Assembly: GCA_017380635.1 (NCBI GenBank) | Contig: JAFODP010000015.1 | Location: 80,771-144,770, forward strand | DNA from: Bacteroidales bacterium | GTDB taxonomy: Bacteria > Bacteroidota > Bacteroidia > Bacteroidales > UBA1402 | Direction of reading: 5' to 3' | DNA length: 64,000 nucleotides | In this document: positions 8,498 to 18,310 of the stretch, one piece after another | How positions within the stretch are numbered: position 1 is the stretch's first letter | Layout: every line of letters starts with the position of its first letter | Position numbers and translations under genes: made by a program | Notes under the pieces: generated by a model | Databases searched by the model: none | Told to the model about the DNA's origin: nothing | What the model saw: only the letters and a program-made list of their open reading frames with translations

Positions 8498-9898
8498 ATG
8501 AAAATGTGTATCAAAATAAATGGATTTATTGCATTGATTTTCTTGCTGTTTTGCTTGGTGTCATGCGGTGATGATGAAAATAATCGTCGTATTATCAATG
8601 TGCGTATCTCGGAAATTTCGAAAGTGGAGGTGGATAATGTCAAAGCTTTCGCCTCGCTTGGAAAGACTGCAGCCACAAGTAAAGCCGACAACTTCGCAGC
8701 AAATGCTAATGCGGTGACGCGTGCGAGCGGTGATAATATTCTGTATGTCGTGCACGAGAATAACGACATCGACTTTCCTGATATGCAGTTGGAATATCAA
8801 TTTGGAGATGACCTTAGCGACGAAGAAAAAGCCATGCTTTTAGAAGAACTGCAACCTCGTGTTAAGGTATTGTCTATGAGCGATATAGGACGATATGCGC
8901 TTATCGAGGCTACTGCCTATTTTGAACATCAATTACAGGATAGTATTCCTCAGATGTCTAAAATTAGGTATATGGTGGTGCGAAAATCGGATGGAGAAAC
9001 GCTTGCTATCGAGGATAGAGATGGCTACATCCTGAAAGATATTTTTGCAAGAGGCCGAGGCATGCTACGCTATCATATTGATTCAAAGGGAAATGATCGT
9101 TTTGTTTTTGGTAAAGATGATAGTAAACTTTTTGTCACCATCAGCGAAAAGAATGGCCGTTTGCAGCTGCAACAAGAAGAACTTTCAGGCCCCTCATATC
9201 CAAATATAGTAGTAGATGAGTTTGGCTATTTGTATCGTTACAATGAATATATCCTGACGATGAATGGCGCGCAACTTAAATTAGACGGAAACTGTTTAGC
9301 TTTATCGCAAGTGGAAAATAAAGCCTACGCATTTACCTACGATTATGGCGAGCCTTTGCGCGTTTATGAACTCTCTAATGGAGCTAAGTTATTGAATGAA
9401 TACTCTGTAGGCGATGAACATCGCGTGAAGCTTTGGGGCGAACATGCCAGGGATGCCGGTTTCGTCGATGGCGAAATTTTTTTGGTGGCCAACGGCCTTT
9501 TTGTGCGTTATCACATAGCAAACAACACGTTCCAGCTGCAAGAATTTAGTGAAGAATTGAAGCAGGAAATTCAACATAGTGAATGGTATGCAGATTATAA
9601 GCTTTACCAAGGTGGTCTGTATAAAGTTGTCAATCAGGGGACTTATGCGCAAGTGTTGAAAACAAATTTGATTACCATGCAGCAAGAGGAAATCAAGTTG
9701 GCACTTCCCGAAGGTGCTCAGATGACTTCTCATATATTTAAACAATCGTGTTTGGAAAACAATCGTTTAGATCTTAAAGTGTATTACAATTTGGGTACAT
9801 CTCATTCTCAAGCTATCTATTACAATCTGTATGGCGCCGAAGGCGATGTTATCGATTTTGGCGATTATGAAGTCGATGCAGTGCTGCTGTTGAAATAA
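8498..9898 (+). CDS. Hypothetical lipoprotein
   Basis: Lipobox LVSC followed by GDD. Promoter box TATCTTTG at ~8435 favours the ATG at 8498 over 8453. Confidence 0.75.
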   Translation: MKMCIKINGFIALIFLLFCLVSCGDDENNRRIINVRISEISKVEVDNVKAFASLGKTAATSKADNFAANANAVTRASGDNILYVVHENNDIDFPDMQLEYQFGDDLSDEEKAMLLEELQPRVKVLSMSDIGRYALIEATAYFEHQLQDSIPQMSKIRYMVVRKSDGETLAIEDRDGYILKDIFARGRGMLRYHIDSKGNDRFVFGKDDSKLFVTISEKNGRLQLQQEELSGPSYPNIVVDEFGYLYRYNEYILTMNGAQLKLDGNCLALSQVENKAYAFTYDYGEPLRVYELSNGAKLLNEYSVGDEHRVKLWGEHARDAGFVDGEIFLVANGLFVRYHIANNTFQLQEFSEELKQEIQHSEWYADYKLYQGGLYKVVNQGTYAQVLKTNLITMQQEEIKLALPEGAQMTSHIFKQSCLENNRLDLKVYYNLGTSHSQAIYYNLYGAEGDVIDFGDYEVDAVLLLK

Positions 9899-9908
9899 AA
9901 ATCCAAAG

Positions 9909-11471
9909 ATGATTAAACTAAACATTATGAAAATGCTTAATACTCAAGTAAATATCCTAAAATTATGTATGGCTATGTTGATGATGTTTTCTTTCGTGGC
10001 CTGCGATGATTTCCCTACTGGTTCTAAGGATGAGGAATCAGAAACACCTTATACCTATGTCGATATGGGACTTTCGGTGGCTTGGGCGGCCTATAATGTA
10101 GGCGCGGAAGCTGAATGTGGGGTAGGCTACTATTTTGCATGGGGCGAAACTGAACCAGCAAGCTTGGAAAATATTCAAACTTACAAATATGGCGATCCAT
10201 TCTCTGGGCAAATGAGTAAATACAATGAGCTTGATGATAAGTTGGTACTCGAAATGAACGACGATGCAGCTCGCAAACATTGGGGCGGCTATTGGCGTAT
10301 GCCTACAACGGCTGAATTCATGGAACTTTTGGAAAATTGTATAGTAGAACCTGCTGCTGGTGGACAATCTTCTCAGAATGATGTTACTATGGACTACGGT
10401 TTGAGATTTACTAGCAAAATTACGGGTAATAGCATTTTCTTTCCCGCAGCGGGTTATTACGACTATTATAGAGCAGAACAATTAGGATTTGGCGATCAGG
10501 CTTATTATTGGAGCAGTGTACTAGAATTTCTCAATGAAGATCAACAAAAAGATGTAGCTACAGCCTATAGTTTTTCTGCTACTCTTCGAGATGAAGATTT
10601 TGCGCAGTCTTTACTCTATGCTAAACGTCCTATGCATCGTTATATGGCTTGTAATGTTCGTGCGGTGTATGATACGCTTCAAGCGTCAGATTATCCTTTT
10701 GTTTACACTTTGCAATACGATGCCAATGGCGGAAGTGGAAATATGAAAACGATGTCGCATAACAAGGGCGAAAGTATCAAAGTGGCAGCGAATAGCTTTT
10801 TGCGTGATGGCTACTATTTTAGTCATTGGAATACCCAAGCCGACGGAAGTGGTGGTAACTACGATATCAATCAGGTTTTTGCACTTTCTCAAGATACTGT
10901 TTTGTATGCGCAGTGGAAAGAAATACCCGAAGATATCATTGCGATGACTCAAGGATTTGAAAACAATTATGAGTGGGCAGATCTCGGTTTGAGTGTTAAA
11001 TGGGCGGTTTGTAATTTGGGTGCAGCTACCCCCGAATCTTATGGCGACTATTATGCTTGGGGCGAGGCGGAAAGTAAGACATCCTTTACACCAGATAATT
11101 ATGTAACAACATCTTCGGATGCGGCTCAATTGTCAATGGGTGGCACTTGGCGTCAACCTACCTACAACGAATGTATGGAGCTATTAGAAAAATGTACCTG
11201 TGTTTGGTATTCTCAAAATGGGGTGGATGGATGCTTGATTAGAAGTAATATCAATGGTCGAAGTATTTTTATACCTGCTGCCGGTTGCTATTTCAATATC
11301 GGTAATTTGTCGCTAGGCTTTCAAGCTAATTTCTGGGCATCGACTCCTTTCGATCCTGTCCAATATCCGAATTTGCATTTTAGATTTGGTTTTCAGCCGG
11401 GAGGATTTAGTGGTGGCTATTTGTTAGATAATGATTATAATGGCATGTCAATTAGGGCAGTTTGTCAATAA
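9909..11471 (+). CDS. Lipoprotein with two Bacteroidales DUF1566/Fib_succ_major-like domains separated by an InlB B-repeat (Flg_new) domain
   Basis: Lipobox FVAC. Two copies of (V/A)D(M/L)GLSVxWA...GxYxAWGE...WRxPT...SIFxPAAG...RAV. Central YDANGGSG...FSHWNTQADGSG...LYAQW. Confidence 0.8.
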   Translation: MIKLNIMKMLNTQVNILKLCMAMLMMFSFVACDDFPTGSKDEESETPYTYVDMGLSVAWAAYNVGAEAECGVGYYFAWGETEPASLENIQTYKYGDPFSGQMSKYNELDDKLVLEMNDDAARKHWGGYWRMPTTAEFMELLENCIVEPAAGGQSSQNDVTMDYGLRFTSKITGNSIFFPAAGYYDYYRAEQLGFGDQAYYWSSVLEFLNEDQQKDVATAYSFSATLRDEDFAQSLLYAKRPMHRYMACNVRAVYDTLQASDYPFVYTLQYDANGGSGNMKTMSHNKGESIKVAANSFLRDGYYFSHWNTQADGSGGNYDINQVFALSQDTVLYAQWKEIPEDIIAMTQGFENNYEWADLGLSVKWAVCNLGAATPESYGDYYAWGEAESKTSFTPDNYVTTSSDAAQLSMGGTWRQPTYNECMELLEKCTCVWYSQNGVDGCLIRSNINGRSIFIPAAGCYFNIGNLSLGFQANFWASTPFDPVQYPNLHFRFGFQPGGFSGGYLLDNDYNGMSIRAVCQ

Positions 11472-11612
11472 ATTTCTCTTTTCTCTGACCTAAAATTTGC
11501 AGTTTTCAAAAATCTGTCTTTTCTTTGCGCCGCTAAATCAAATTTATTCATTCTTAAACCCATTTGCCTATACGATACATCTCTACTCTTTAGAAACTTT
11601 TATTAAAGAGAA

Positions 11613-12206
11613 ATGGAAACTATGTTTCGCAAGACCGACGAATCGTTGGTTGAGATGTTTGCAAATGGTAACAACCAAGCTTTCGATATTTTGTTGGAAC
11701 GCCACAAGGATAGAGTGTACAACTATATCCTGCTTATTGTGCGCAATCGTGAAATGGCCGAAGATATCTTCCAGGAGACCTTCATGCGTGCCATCATGAC
11801 CATCAAGCAAGGCCGTTATATGGAAAATGGCAAATTTTCGTCGTGGATTTGTCGCATTGCGCACAACCAGATTATCGACATTTATCGTCGTGAACGCAAC
11901 GAAAAAACCGTTTCCAACGAAGAATACGAAGAACAAGATTTGTTTAACGACGCCAAGCTCTGCGAAGAAAATATCGAAGACAAAATGGTGCGCGAACAAG
12001 TGTTGCAAGATGTCAACAACTTGATGCTGCATTTGCCCGACGAACAGCGCGAAGTGGTGTATATGCGTTATTATCAGGATCTTTCCTTTAAAGAAATTGC
12101 CGATATCACGGGTGTGAGTATCAACACGGCTTTGGGTCGTATGCGTTATGCGGTGATGAATATGCGTCGTATGGCACAAGAAAAAGATTTGTCTTTGGCA
12201 GTGTAA
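11613..12206 (+). CDS. ECF sigma-70 factor
   Basis: Region 2 AEDIFQETF...WICRIAHN and region 4 LPDEQREVV...SFKEIADITGVSINTALGRMRYA. Confidence 0.93.
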   Translation: METMFRKTDESLVEMFANGNNQAFDILLERHKDRVYNYILLIVRNREMAEDIFQETFMRAIMTIKQGRYMENGKFSSWICRIAHNQIIDIYRRERNEKTVSNEEYEEQDLFNDAKLCEENIEDKMVREQVLQDVNNLMLHLPDEQREVVYMRYYQDLSFKEIADITGVSINTALGRMRYAVMNMRRMAQEKDLSLAV

Positions 12207-12253
12207 AGGCTCGCTTGGAAAATTTTTTCTTTCAGATACAATAAAATTTGCCG

Positions 12254-12293
12254 ATCCTCGTTTCTACTAACGTAAGAAGCGAGGATTTTTTTT
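12254..12293 (+). terminator. Rho-independent terminator-like hairpin
   Basis: atcctcgtttct...agaagcgaggat followed by a T run. Confidence 0.65.
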
Positions 12294-12305
12294 AAATGAT
12301 TGCCT

Positions 12306-12470
12306 ATGAATAAAATCTCTACTCAAAAAGACGTTCAAGTGAATTCTTCTAAAAAAATTCAAACATCCTTGGGTCCGAAGGCCTCAACTTTGGAATTTTT
12401 ACGTAATTTCGCACGACTCTACGATCCGAATGCAACGCAGGGCGTATGTCCCCAATGTATGCTCAATTGA
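12306..12470 (+). CDS. Small protein (54 aa), absent from the ORF track
   Basis: MNKISTQKDVQVNSSKKIQTSLGPKASTLEFLRNFARLYDPNATQGVCPQCMLN. It lies between the ECF sigma gene and rpe, and its PxxSTLxFLRxFARxY pattern resembles small Bacteroidota proteins (from recollection). Confidence 0.65.
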   Translation: MNKISTQKDVQVNSSKKIQTSLGPKASTLEFLRNFARLYDPNATQGVCPQCMLN

Positions 12471-12499
12471 GTCGATGTAAATTGCTAAAAATCAAAGTT

Positions 12500-13147
12500 A
12501 TGCGAATGATTGCCCCTTCACTCTTGTCGGCCAATTTCAAGAATCTTCAGGCTGATATCGACATGATTAACCAAAGTTCGGCCGATTGGTTGCACCTTGA
12601 TGTGATGGATGGCGTGTTCGTTCCCAATATTTCTTTCGGTTTTCCGGTACTGAAGCATGTGGCAGAAATTTGCCGCAAGCCTTTGGATGTGCATCTGATG
12701 ATAGTACAGCCTGAAAAATTTATCAAAGAGGTGAAAGATTTGGGTGCCTATATGATGAATGTGCATTACGAAGCTTGTCGTCATTTGCATCGTGTGGTGG
12801 CAGAAATTCATCAGGCTGGAATGAAAGCCGGTGTGACGCTGAATCCCACTACGCCGGTGTCTGTGCTGGAAGATATCATTGCCGATTTGGACATGGTCTT
12901 GCTTATGTCGGTGAATCCTGGTTTCGGCGGACAACCTTTCATTGAAAATACTTATCCGAAAATTGCCCGCTTGCGCGAATTGATAGAAAAACACAATAGC
13001 CATGCGCTTATCGAAGTGGACGGCGGGGTGACAGTGGCGAATGCCCAAAGCCTGTACGATGCGGGAGTGGATGTCCTGGTGTCGGGCAGCACGGTGTTCA
13101 GAGCGCCCAATCCGCTTGCGACGATTGATGAAATCCTTGGAAAATAA
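12500..13147 (+). CDS. rpe: Ribulose-phosphate 3-epimerase
   Basis: IAPSLLSANF, HLDVMDGVFVPN, DVHLM, MSVNPGFGGQ and VDGG. The ATG at 12500 matches the family N-terminus. Confidence 0.96.
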   Translation: MRMIAPSLLSANFKNLQADIDMINQSSADWLHLDVMDGVFVPNISFGFPVLKHVAEICRKPLDVHLMIVQPEKFIKEVKDLGAYMMNVHYEACRHLHRVVAEIHQAGMKAGVTLNPTTPVSVLEDIIADLDMVLLMSVNPGFGGQPFIENTYPKIARLRELIEKHNSHALIEVDGGVTVANAQSLYDAGVDVLVSGSTVFRAPNPLATIDEILGK

Positions 13148-13198
13148 ACGGACAGAATACCAATACGAAATAATCTAAACCTTTACCACCATGAAAAC

Positions 13199-14926
13199 AT
13201 GTCTATTCTCAAATATCCTTTTATCAAGTTGGCTCTCGCCTTGATGGCGGGGCGTCTGTTGCTGAGTGTGTTTACAGGGCTTGCTGTGCTGTATTGGCTC
13301 GTGGCGGCGCTGTTTCTCTTGCTTTTGCTGTTGCTTTTTCGTGTTTGTTTGCGCAAACACTTGTGGCTGTGGCGAAGATTTTCGCTGTGGATTTTCTTGG
13401 CTTCGATGGCATTGTTGTATGCGGCTTATGTCATGCATCTGGAGAAATTACCTTCCTTGTCGGAGCAGGAATCTAGCTATTGTGCGGTGCTCTTGTCGCC
13501 GCCGGTGGAAAAGCCCAAATCTTATCAATGCGAGCTGCAGGAAATAAAGCCATCGGCAGGCTTTGCGCTCTTGCGTCCTAAGTCGAAATGGCAGTTGTAT
13601 TTGGCTAAAGATAGTGCGTCGGCCACATTGCGTACGGGCGATGTGCTCTATTTTCGATGTCGCCTGGAGGGCTTGGCTGAGCCGGCTTTGATGGATGCGT
13701 ATCCGGACAGCTTGCGGGCCGCCGCTTCGCGGCGGCCGCAAGCCTTCGACTACCACCGCTTTCTTCGCCGCAAAGGATTCGTGGCCACGGCCTATGTGCC
13801 GGCAGGGCAGTGGTGCAAGGATGAAAATCGTCACTGTTTTCCGCTCAGACGACAAGCTGAACAATTGCGCCAGTGTTGTGTGCGGCGTTACGAAAATGCC
13901 GGCATCGAGGGCGAAGCGCTGGCCTTGATTGCAGCATTGACTTTGGGCGAAAAATCGCAGTTCGAAGATCAGGCCCGCAACAGATACAGCAGCATCGGTG
14001 TATCGCATATCTTGGCGGTGAGCGGCATGCACGTGGGGATTATCTGTCAGCTTATCAGCCTGTTTATCGGAGGCTTGCCCCGTTCCAATCGATGGCTTTT
14101 GTGGTTGCGGCAATGTCTGCTCATCGTTATGCTTTGGGCTTATGCTTTGCTCACCGGCATGTCTGCTTCGGTGCTACGAGCAGTGCTCATGTACACGGTG
14201 GCGGCTTTGGCTGTCTGTCTGCAACGCAAGGCTTATATCTGGAATTCCTTGGCTTTCGCCGCTTGTGCGATGCTTCTTTGGCGGCCGGCTTATTTCTACG
14301 ATCTTGGTTTTCAGCTAAGTTTTGTGGCGGTGGCTTCCATCTTGCTGTGGCAGCCCTATTTTCAGCAAGCCTTTGCTCTGTCCGCAGACTCACCTTTGCA
14401 ATCGATGATGACGGCTTCTTCTGTGATGATGAATGCCCAAGATCACAGCAAAGCATTGCATTCGTTGTGGCGGCGTCTGCTTCACTTTTTTCGTAAATTA
14501 TTCGATTATTTCAAGGAATTGTTCTGTTTGTCGTTGGCGGCGCAAATAGGAACGGCTCCCTTGTCGGCCTATTATTTTCATCAGTTTTCCAATGTCTTCT
14601 GGCTGAGCAATTTGCTGATGGTTCCCTTGGCTTTGCCTTTGACTTATTTGGGCATAGCGCTGCTCTGTTTGTCCGATCTTCCTCTGCTGGGGCCATTGCT
14701 GTCGACCTTGCTCGAGGCGGCATTGCGTTTATTTATTCGTATTTCCGAGGCGCTATCTGCGCTGCCATTGTCTTCGACGCAACATCTTTATCCATCCTTG
14801 GCAGAAATAAGCTTGCTTTATGTCTTGCTTTTTTCGCTTTTCTTTTTGTTGCGATCAAATAAGTGGCATTACTATGTCGATCAAATTTTTCGAGCGCGAA
14901 GAAAAGTAATATGGAAATTGCAATAA
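13199..14926 (+). CDS. comEC: ComEC/Rec2 family competence membrane protein
   Basis: GVSHILAVSGMHVG, SVLRAVLM and GFQLSF, with many transmembrane segments. Confidence 0.9.
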   Translation: MSILKYPFIKLALALMAGRLLLSVFTGLAVLYWLVAALFLLLLLLLFRVCLRKHLWLWRRFSLWIFLASMALLYAAYVMHLEKLPSLSEQESSYCAVLLSPPVEKPKSYQCELQEIKPSAGFALLRPKSKWQLYLAKDSASATLRTGDVLYFRCRLEGLAEPALMDAYPDSLRAAASRRPQAFDYHRFLRRKGFVATAYVPAGQWCKDENRHCFPLRRQAEQLRQCCVRRYENAGIEGEALALIAALTLGEKSQFEDQARNRYSSIGVSHILAVSGMHVGIICQLISLFIGGLPRSNRWLLWLRQCLLIVMLWAYALLTGMSASVLRAVLMYTVAALAVCLQRKAYIWNSLAFAACAMLLWRPAYFYDLGFQLSFVAVASILLWQPYFQQAFALSADSPLQSMMTASSVMMNAQDHSKALHSLWRRLLHFFRKLFDYFKELFCLSLAAQIGTAPLSAYYFHQFSNVFWLSNLLMVPLALPLTYLGIALLCLSDLPLLGPLLSTLLEAALRLFIRISEALSALPLSSTQHLYPSLAEISLLYVLLFSLFFLLRSNKWHYYVDQIFRARRKVIWKLQ

Positions 14927-14968
14927 TCGTCATAAAGTGATTATTTTTGCGTCTTTATCGCATTAATC

Positions 14969-15991
14969 ATGATTTCGAGAGTAATAGAACAAAGCCTTAT
15001 CGAGAAGGTAAACCAATTGATAGACAATGCGCAGCATGTCGTTATCGTGTCGCACGAAAATCCCGATGGCGACGCGGTGGGCTCGTCTCTGGCGATGATG
15101 CATTTTTTGCGCGCTTATGGTAAAGAAGATGTTAAGGTGATACTGCCTTCAGAACTTCCCTACAACCTGAAATGGTTGCCCGGCGTGGAAGATCTGCTTA
15201 TTTACAGTTTGCAGGAAAAATCTTGTTGCCGTGCTTTGCAGGCCTGCGATCTGATTCTCTTCCTCGACTTGAATGCTTTGAGCAGAACCGGAAAGATGAG
15301 TCAGGCTTTCAACGGACTTTCGGCGCAACGCGTGCTTATCGATCATCATGAATTTCCCGAACCTTTTGCGCCGGCCACGATTTCTTGTCCGCAAATCTCT
15401 TCCACCTCGGAATTGGTGTTCCGCTATATCAGCCGTTCGGGTTGTCTCAACGATTTGAATCAGGATGCTGCCGTTTGTATTTATACCGGCATGATGACCG
15501 ACACGGGCTGTTTCTCTTACAATTCCAATCAGCCTGATATTTACGTGATTGTTCATTATCTTTTGCAAAAAGGCGTTGATAAAGATGCTATTTACCGCAA
15601 GGTGTTCTATGCATTCAGCGAAGATCGTATGCGTATGACGGGTTATCTGATGTATAAAGCAATGGAGATAATGCCTGAGTATCAGACGGCTATCACTTCC
15701 ATCAGCAAGCGACGTCTAAAATATTTCAATTATCGTCCGGGCGATACGGAAAATATCGTGAATATGCCTTTGCAGATAGAAGGCGTGAATATTTCCATTT
15801 TTCTGCGCGAAGACAATCCCGTTCGTATTTCCTTCCGTTCGGTGGGCGATATTCCGGTGAATCGTTTGGCCAACGAATTGTTTGGCGGCGGCGGACATAA
15901 AAATGCGGCCGGAGCGCGTTACAAAGGCAAGCTCAGCGAAGCGGTGGAGATGATAAAACAGGCTATTCCGAAATTTGTGGAGAGTCTGTAA
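14969..15991 (+). CDS. nrnA: DHH family phosphoesterase (NrnA-like oligoribonuclease/pAp phosphatase)
   Basis: HENPDGDAVGS, IDHH, TDTG and GGGHKNAAG. Confidence 0.9.
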   Translation: MISRVIEQSLIEKVNQLIDNAQHVVIVSHENPDGDAVGSSLAMMHFLRAYGKEDVKVILPSELPYNLKWLPGVEDLLIYSLQEKSCCRALQACDLILFLDLNALSRTGKMSQAFNGLSAQRVLIDHHEFPEPFAPATISCPQISSTSELVFRYISRSGCLNDLNQDAAVCIYTGMMTDTGCFSYNSNQPDIYVIVHYLLQKGVDKDAIYRKVFYAFSEDRMRMTGYLMYKAMEIMPEYQTAITSISKRRLKYFNYRPGDTENIVNMPLQIEGVNISIFLREDNPVRISFRSVGDIPVNRLANELFGGGGHKNAAGARYKGKLSEAVEMIKQAIPKFVESL

Positions 15992-16084
15992 TTTGCGCTT
16001 GCGCTTGTGGGCGCTTTGTTGTACTTTTGTGCTTTCTGCGAATAAGCTTTCTCGTTCCTCATTTCTAATAACAATTAATTTAAT

Positions 16085-16666
16085 ATGAATAAGTTAACCA
16101 AATTTATTTTCCTTTCGATGACTTGCCTTCTGCTCTTGGCTTTCGGCTCGTGTCAAGATTATAAGACCTATGCCCAGCAGCTGGAAGAAATGGAAGAATA
16201 CATCGAAGATTTCATGAAACAACACGATTACGTCATGACGGAAACCCAACCCGATAGTATTCCTTGGCTCGATGAAAAAGGCCGCCGTATGTTTTACAAA
16301 ACTGAAACGGGTGTGTATATGCACGTTATCGATACGGGTTTGTCGGCCGGAAAAGTGACGAAAAACCAGCCGGTGTTGGTGCGTTATACCGAAATGAGTG
16401 TCAAGGGCGATTCGGTTACCTATAGCAATCTGAACAGCAGTTTCGATCCGGTTGAAATTTGTTATGGCACGGTGAATACCGGTGGCAATTATTCCTATTA
16501 TTGGGGCGATTGTCCGGCTTGGCACGAAGCTTTGACTTACGTGGGCGATGAAGGCCATGTGATGTTGATTGCTCCCACCGATCAGGGTATGCCTATTTAC
16601 AACAACAGTCAGGTGGAATTGCTTTCGCATTTCTATGAATTGAAATTTACCTTCTCTAGATGGTGA
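16085..16666 (+). CDS. Lipoprotein, DUF4827-like
   Basis: Lipobox FGSC, KTYAQQL and GVYMHVIDTG. Its position between the DHH gene and glmM matches Bacteroidales gene order. Confidence 0.7.
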   Translation: MNKLTKFIFLSMTCLLLLAFGSCQDYKTYAQQLEEMEEYIEDFMKQHDYVMTETQPDSIPWLDEKGRRMFYKTETGVYMHVIDTGLSAGKVTKNQPVLVRYTEMSVKGDSVTYSNLNSSFDPVEICYGTVNTGGNYSYYWGDCPAWHEALTYVGDEGHVMLIAPTDQGMPIYNNSQVELLSHFYELKFTFSRW

Positions 16667-16700
16667 ATTTATTTACCTTCTGGAAATAAAAGATATTATT

Positions 16701-18113
16701 ATGAATCAGTTGATTAAATCTATCTCAGGGATTCGTGGCGTGGTAGGTGGTCCTGCCGATAATAGTTTGAATCCCTTTAACATTACCAAGTTTACAGCGG
16801 CTTATGCACGTTGGATTCGCAGTCATTCTACGCGTGGTTCCAATCAGATTGTGGTGGGTCGCGATGCTCGTATTTCCGGTGAAATGGTTTTTCAACTGGT
16901 GTCCGGAACCTTGATGGGCATGGGTTTTGATGTCTTAGATATCGGTTTGGCTACGACGCCCACTACCGAATTGGCTGTTACCATGACGGGCAGCGATGGT
17001 GGTATCATCATTACGGCAAGTCATAATCCCAAGCAATGGAATGCCTTGAAATTGCTCAATCAAGATGGTGAATTTTTCGATAAAGCGGCCGGTCAGTACG
17101 TGATTGAAACCGCCGAACAAGACGATTTTGAATTTGTGGGCGTGGATGCCATTGGTCATTTGAAACAAGCCGATTTCACCCAAAAACATATCGACGCTGT
17201 CTTGGCGCTCGACCTGGTAGATAAAGATGCTATTGCAAAAGCTGGTTTCCGCGTAGCCATCGATTGTGTAAATTCAGTGGGTGGTATCGTGATTCCTCGT
17301 TTGCTGGAAGCTTTGGGCGTGAAAGATATCATTGCTTTGAACTGCACTCCTGATGGTATTTTCCCGCATAATCCCGAACCTCTCCCTCAACATCTTACCG
17401 AAATTTCCGATGTGCTGAAACAAGGCAAGGCCGATTTGGGTATCGTGGTAGATCCCGACGTCGATCGTTTGGCTTTGGTTTGTGAAAATGGCGAAATGTT
17501 TGGCGAAGAATATACCTTGGTTTCTTGTGCCGATTATGTGTTGAGCAAGACGCCCGGCAATACGGTTTCCAACTTGAGCTCTACCCGTGCTTTGCGCGAT
17601 GTTACCCGCGCTCGTGGTGGTGAATACGAAGCGGCTGCCGTCGGCGAACTGAATGTGGTTGCCTTGATGAAGGCTAAAAATGCCGTGATTGGCGGAGAAG
17701 GTAATGGTGGTGTTATTTATCCTGCTTCTCACTATGGTCGTGATGCTTTGGTTGGCGTGGCTTTGTTCTTGTCGAATCTGGCTCACAAAGGCTGCAAAGC
17801 TAGCGAATTGCGTGCGCAATATCCTGCTTATTTCATGGATAAGCAACGTCTCGATTTGACGCCCGAAATGAAATTGCCGCTTATTTTCGATGCTCTGAAA
17901 GCAAAATTCCAGCCCGGTGTGCAAGCTTTCAATTCTACCGTAGAACGCATCACCGATATCGACGGTGTCAAGATCGACTTTGCCGACAAGTGGGTGCATG
18001 TGCGCGGTTCTAACACCGAGCCGATTGCTCGTATTTATACTGAGGCGCAGTCGGCGGAAGAGGCGCATCTTTTAGCCGAAGACATCAAATCCTTCGTATT
18101 AAACTTGTTATAA
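16701..18113 (+). CDS. glmM: Phosphoglucosamine mutase / phosphohexomutase
   Basis: SISGIRG, phosphoserine motif TASHNP, metal loop DPDVDR, GGEGNGG and RGSNTEP. Confidence 0.9.
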   Translation: MNQLIKSISGIRGVVGGPADNSLNPFNITKFTAAYARWIRSHSTRGSNQIVVGRDARISGEMVFQLVSGTLMGMGFDVLDIGLATTPTTELAVTMTGSDGGIIITASHNPKQWNALKLLNQDGEFFDKAAGQYVIETAEQDDFEFVGVDAIGHLKQADFTQKHIDAVLALDLVDKDAIAKAGFRVAIDCVNSVGGIVIPRLLEALGVKDIIALNCTPDGIFPHNPEPLPQHLTEISDVLKQGKADLGIVVDPDVDRLALVCENGEMFGEEYTLVSCADYVLSKTPGNTVSNLSSTRALRDVTRARGGEYEAAAVGELNVVALMKAKNAVIGGEGNGGVIYPASHYGRDALVGVALFLSNLAHKGCKASELRAQYPAYFMDKQRLDLTPEMKLPLIFDALKAKFQPGVQAFNSTVERITDIDGVKIDFADKWVHVRGSNTEPIARIYTEAQSAEEAHLLAEDIKSFVLNLL

Positions 18114-18224
18114 CGAACAAACTACCGCGTTGTTTTCAATCTTGGACTTGGTCGAGTACTTCGGTACACTCCCTTCGTCCAATTTTCAACAACGCGGTAT
18201 TTTATTCATTCTAACAAGTTTAAT
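18098..18224. repeat. ERIC-like hairpin element, copy 3 (127 bp), overlapping the glmM 3' end
   Basis: 37-bp terminal inverted repeats (33/37 identical) around the core ggtcgagtac-ttcg-gtacactccc. Confidence 0.78.
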
Positions 18225-18249
18225 TGTCGCGATTCACCGGTTTTGCGAA

Positions 18250-18308
18250 TAACAAACAAACTACCGCGTTGTTTCAATCTTGGACTCGGTCGAGTACTTT
18301 GGTACACA
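18250..18308. repeat. Truncated direct copy of the left half of element 3
   Basis: taacaaacaaactaccgcgttgtttcaatcttggactcggtcgagtactttggtacac is near-identical to 18111-18169. Confidence 0.75.
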
Positions 18309-18310
18309 GC

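Noticed and set aside
9909-11471. Diversity-generating retroelement target
   Set aside because: No reverse transcriptase and no near-identical template repeat in the window. The two domain copies are too diverged to be a TR/VR pair.
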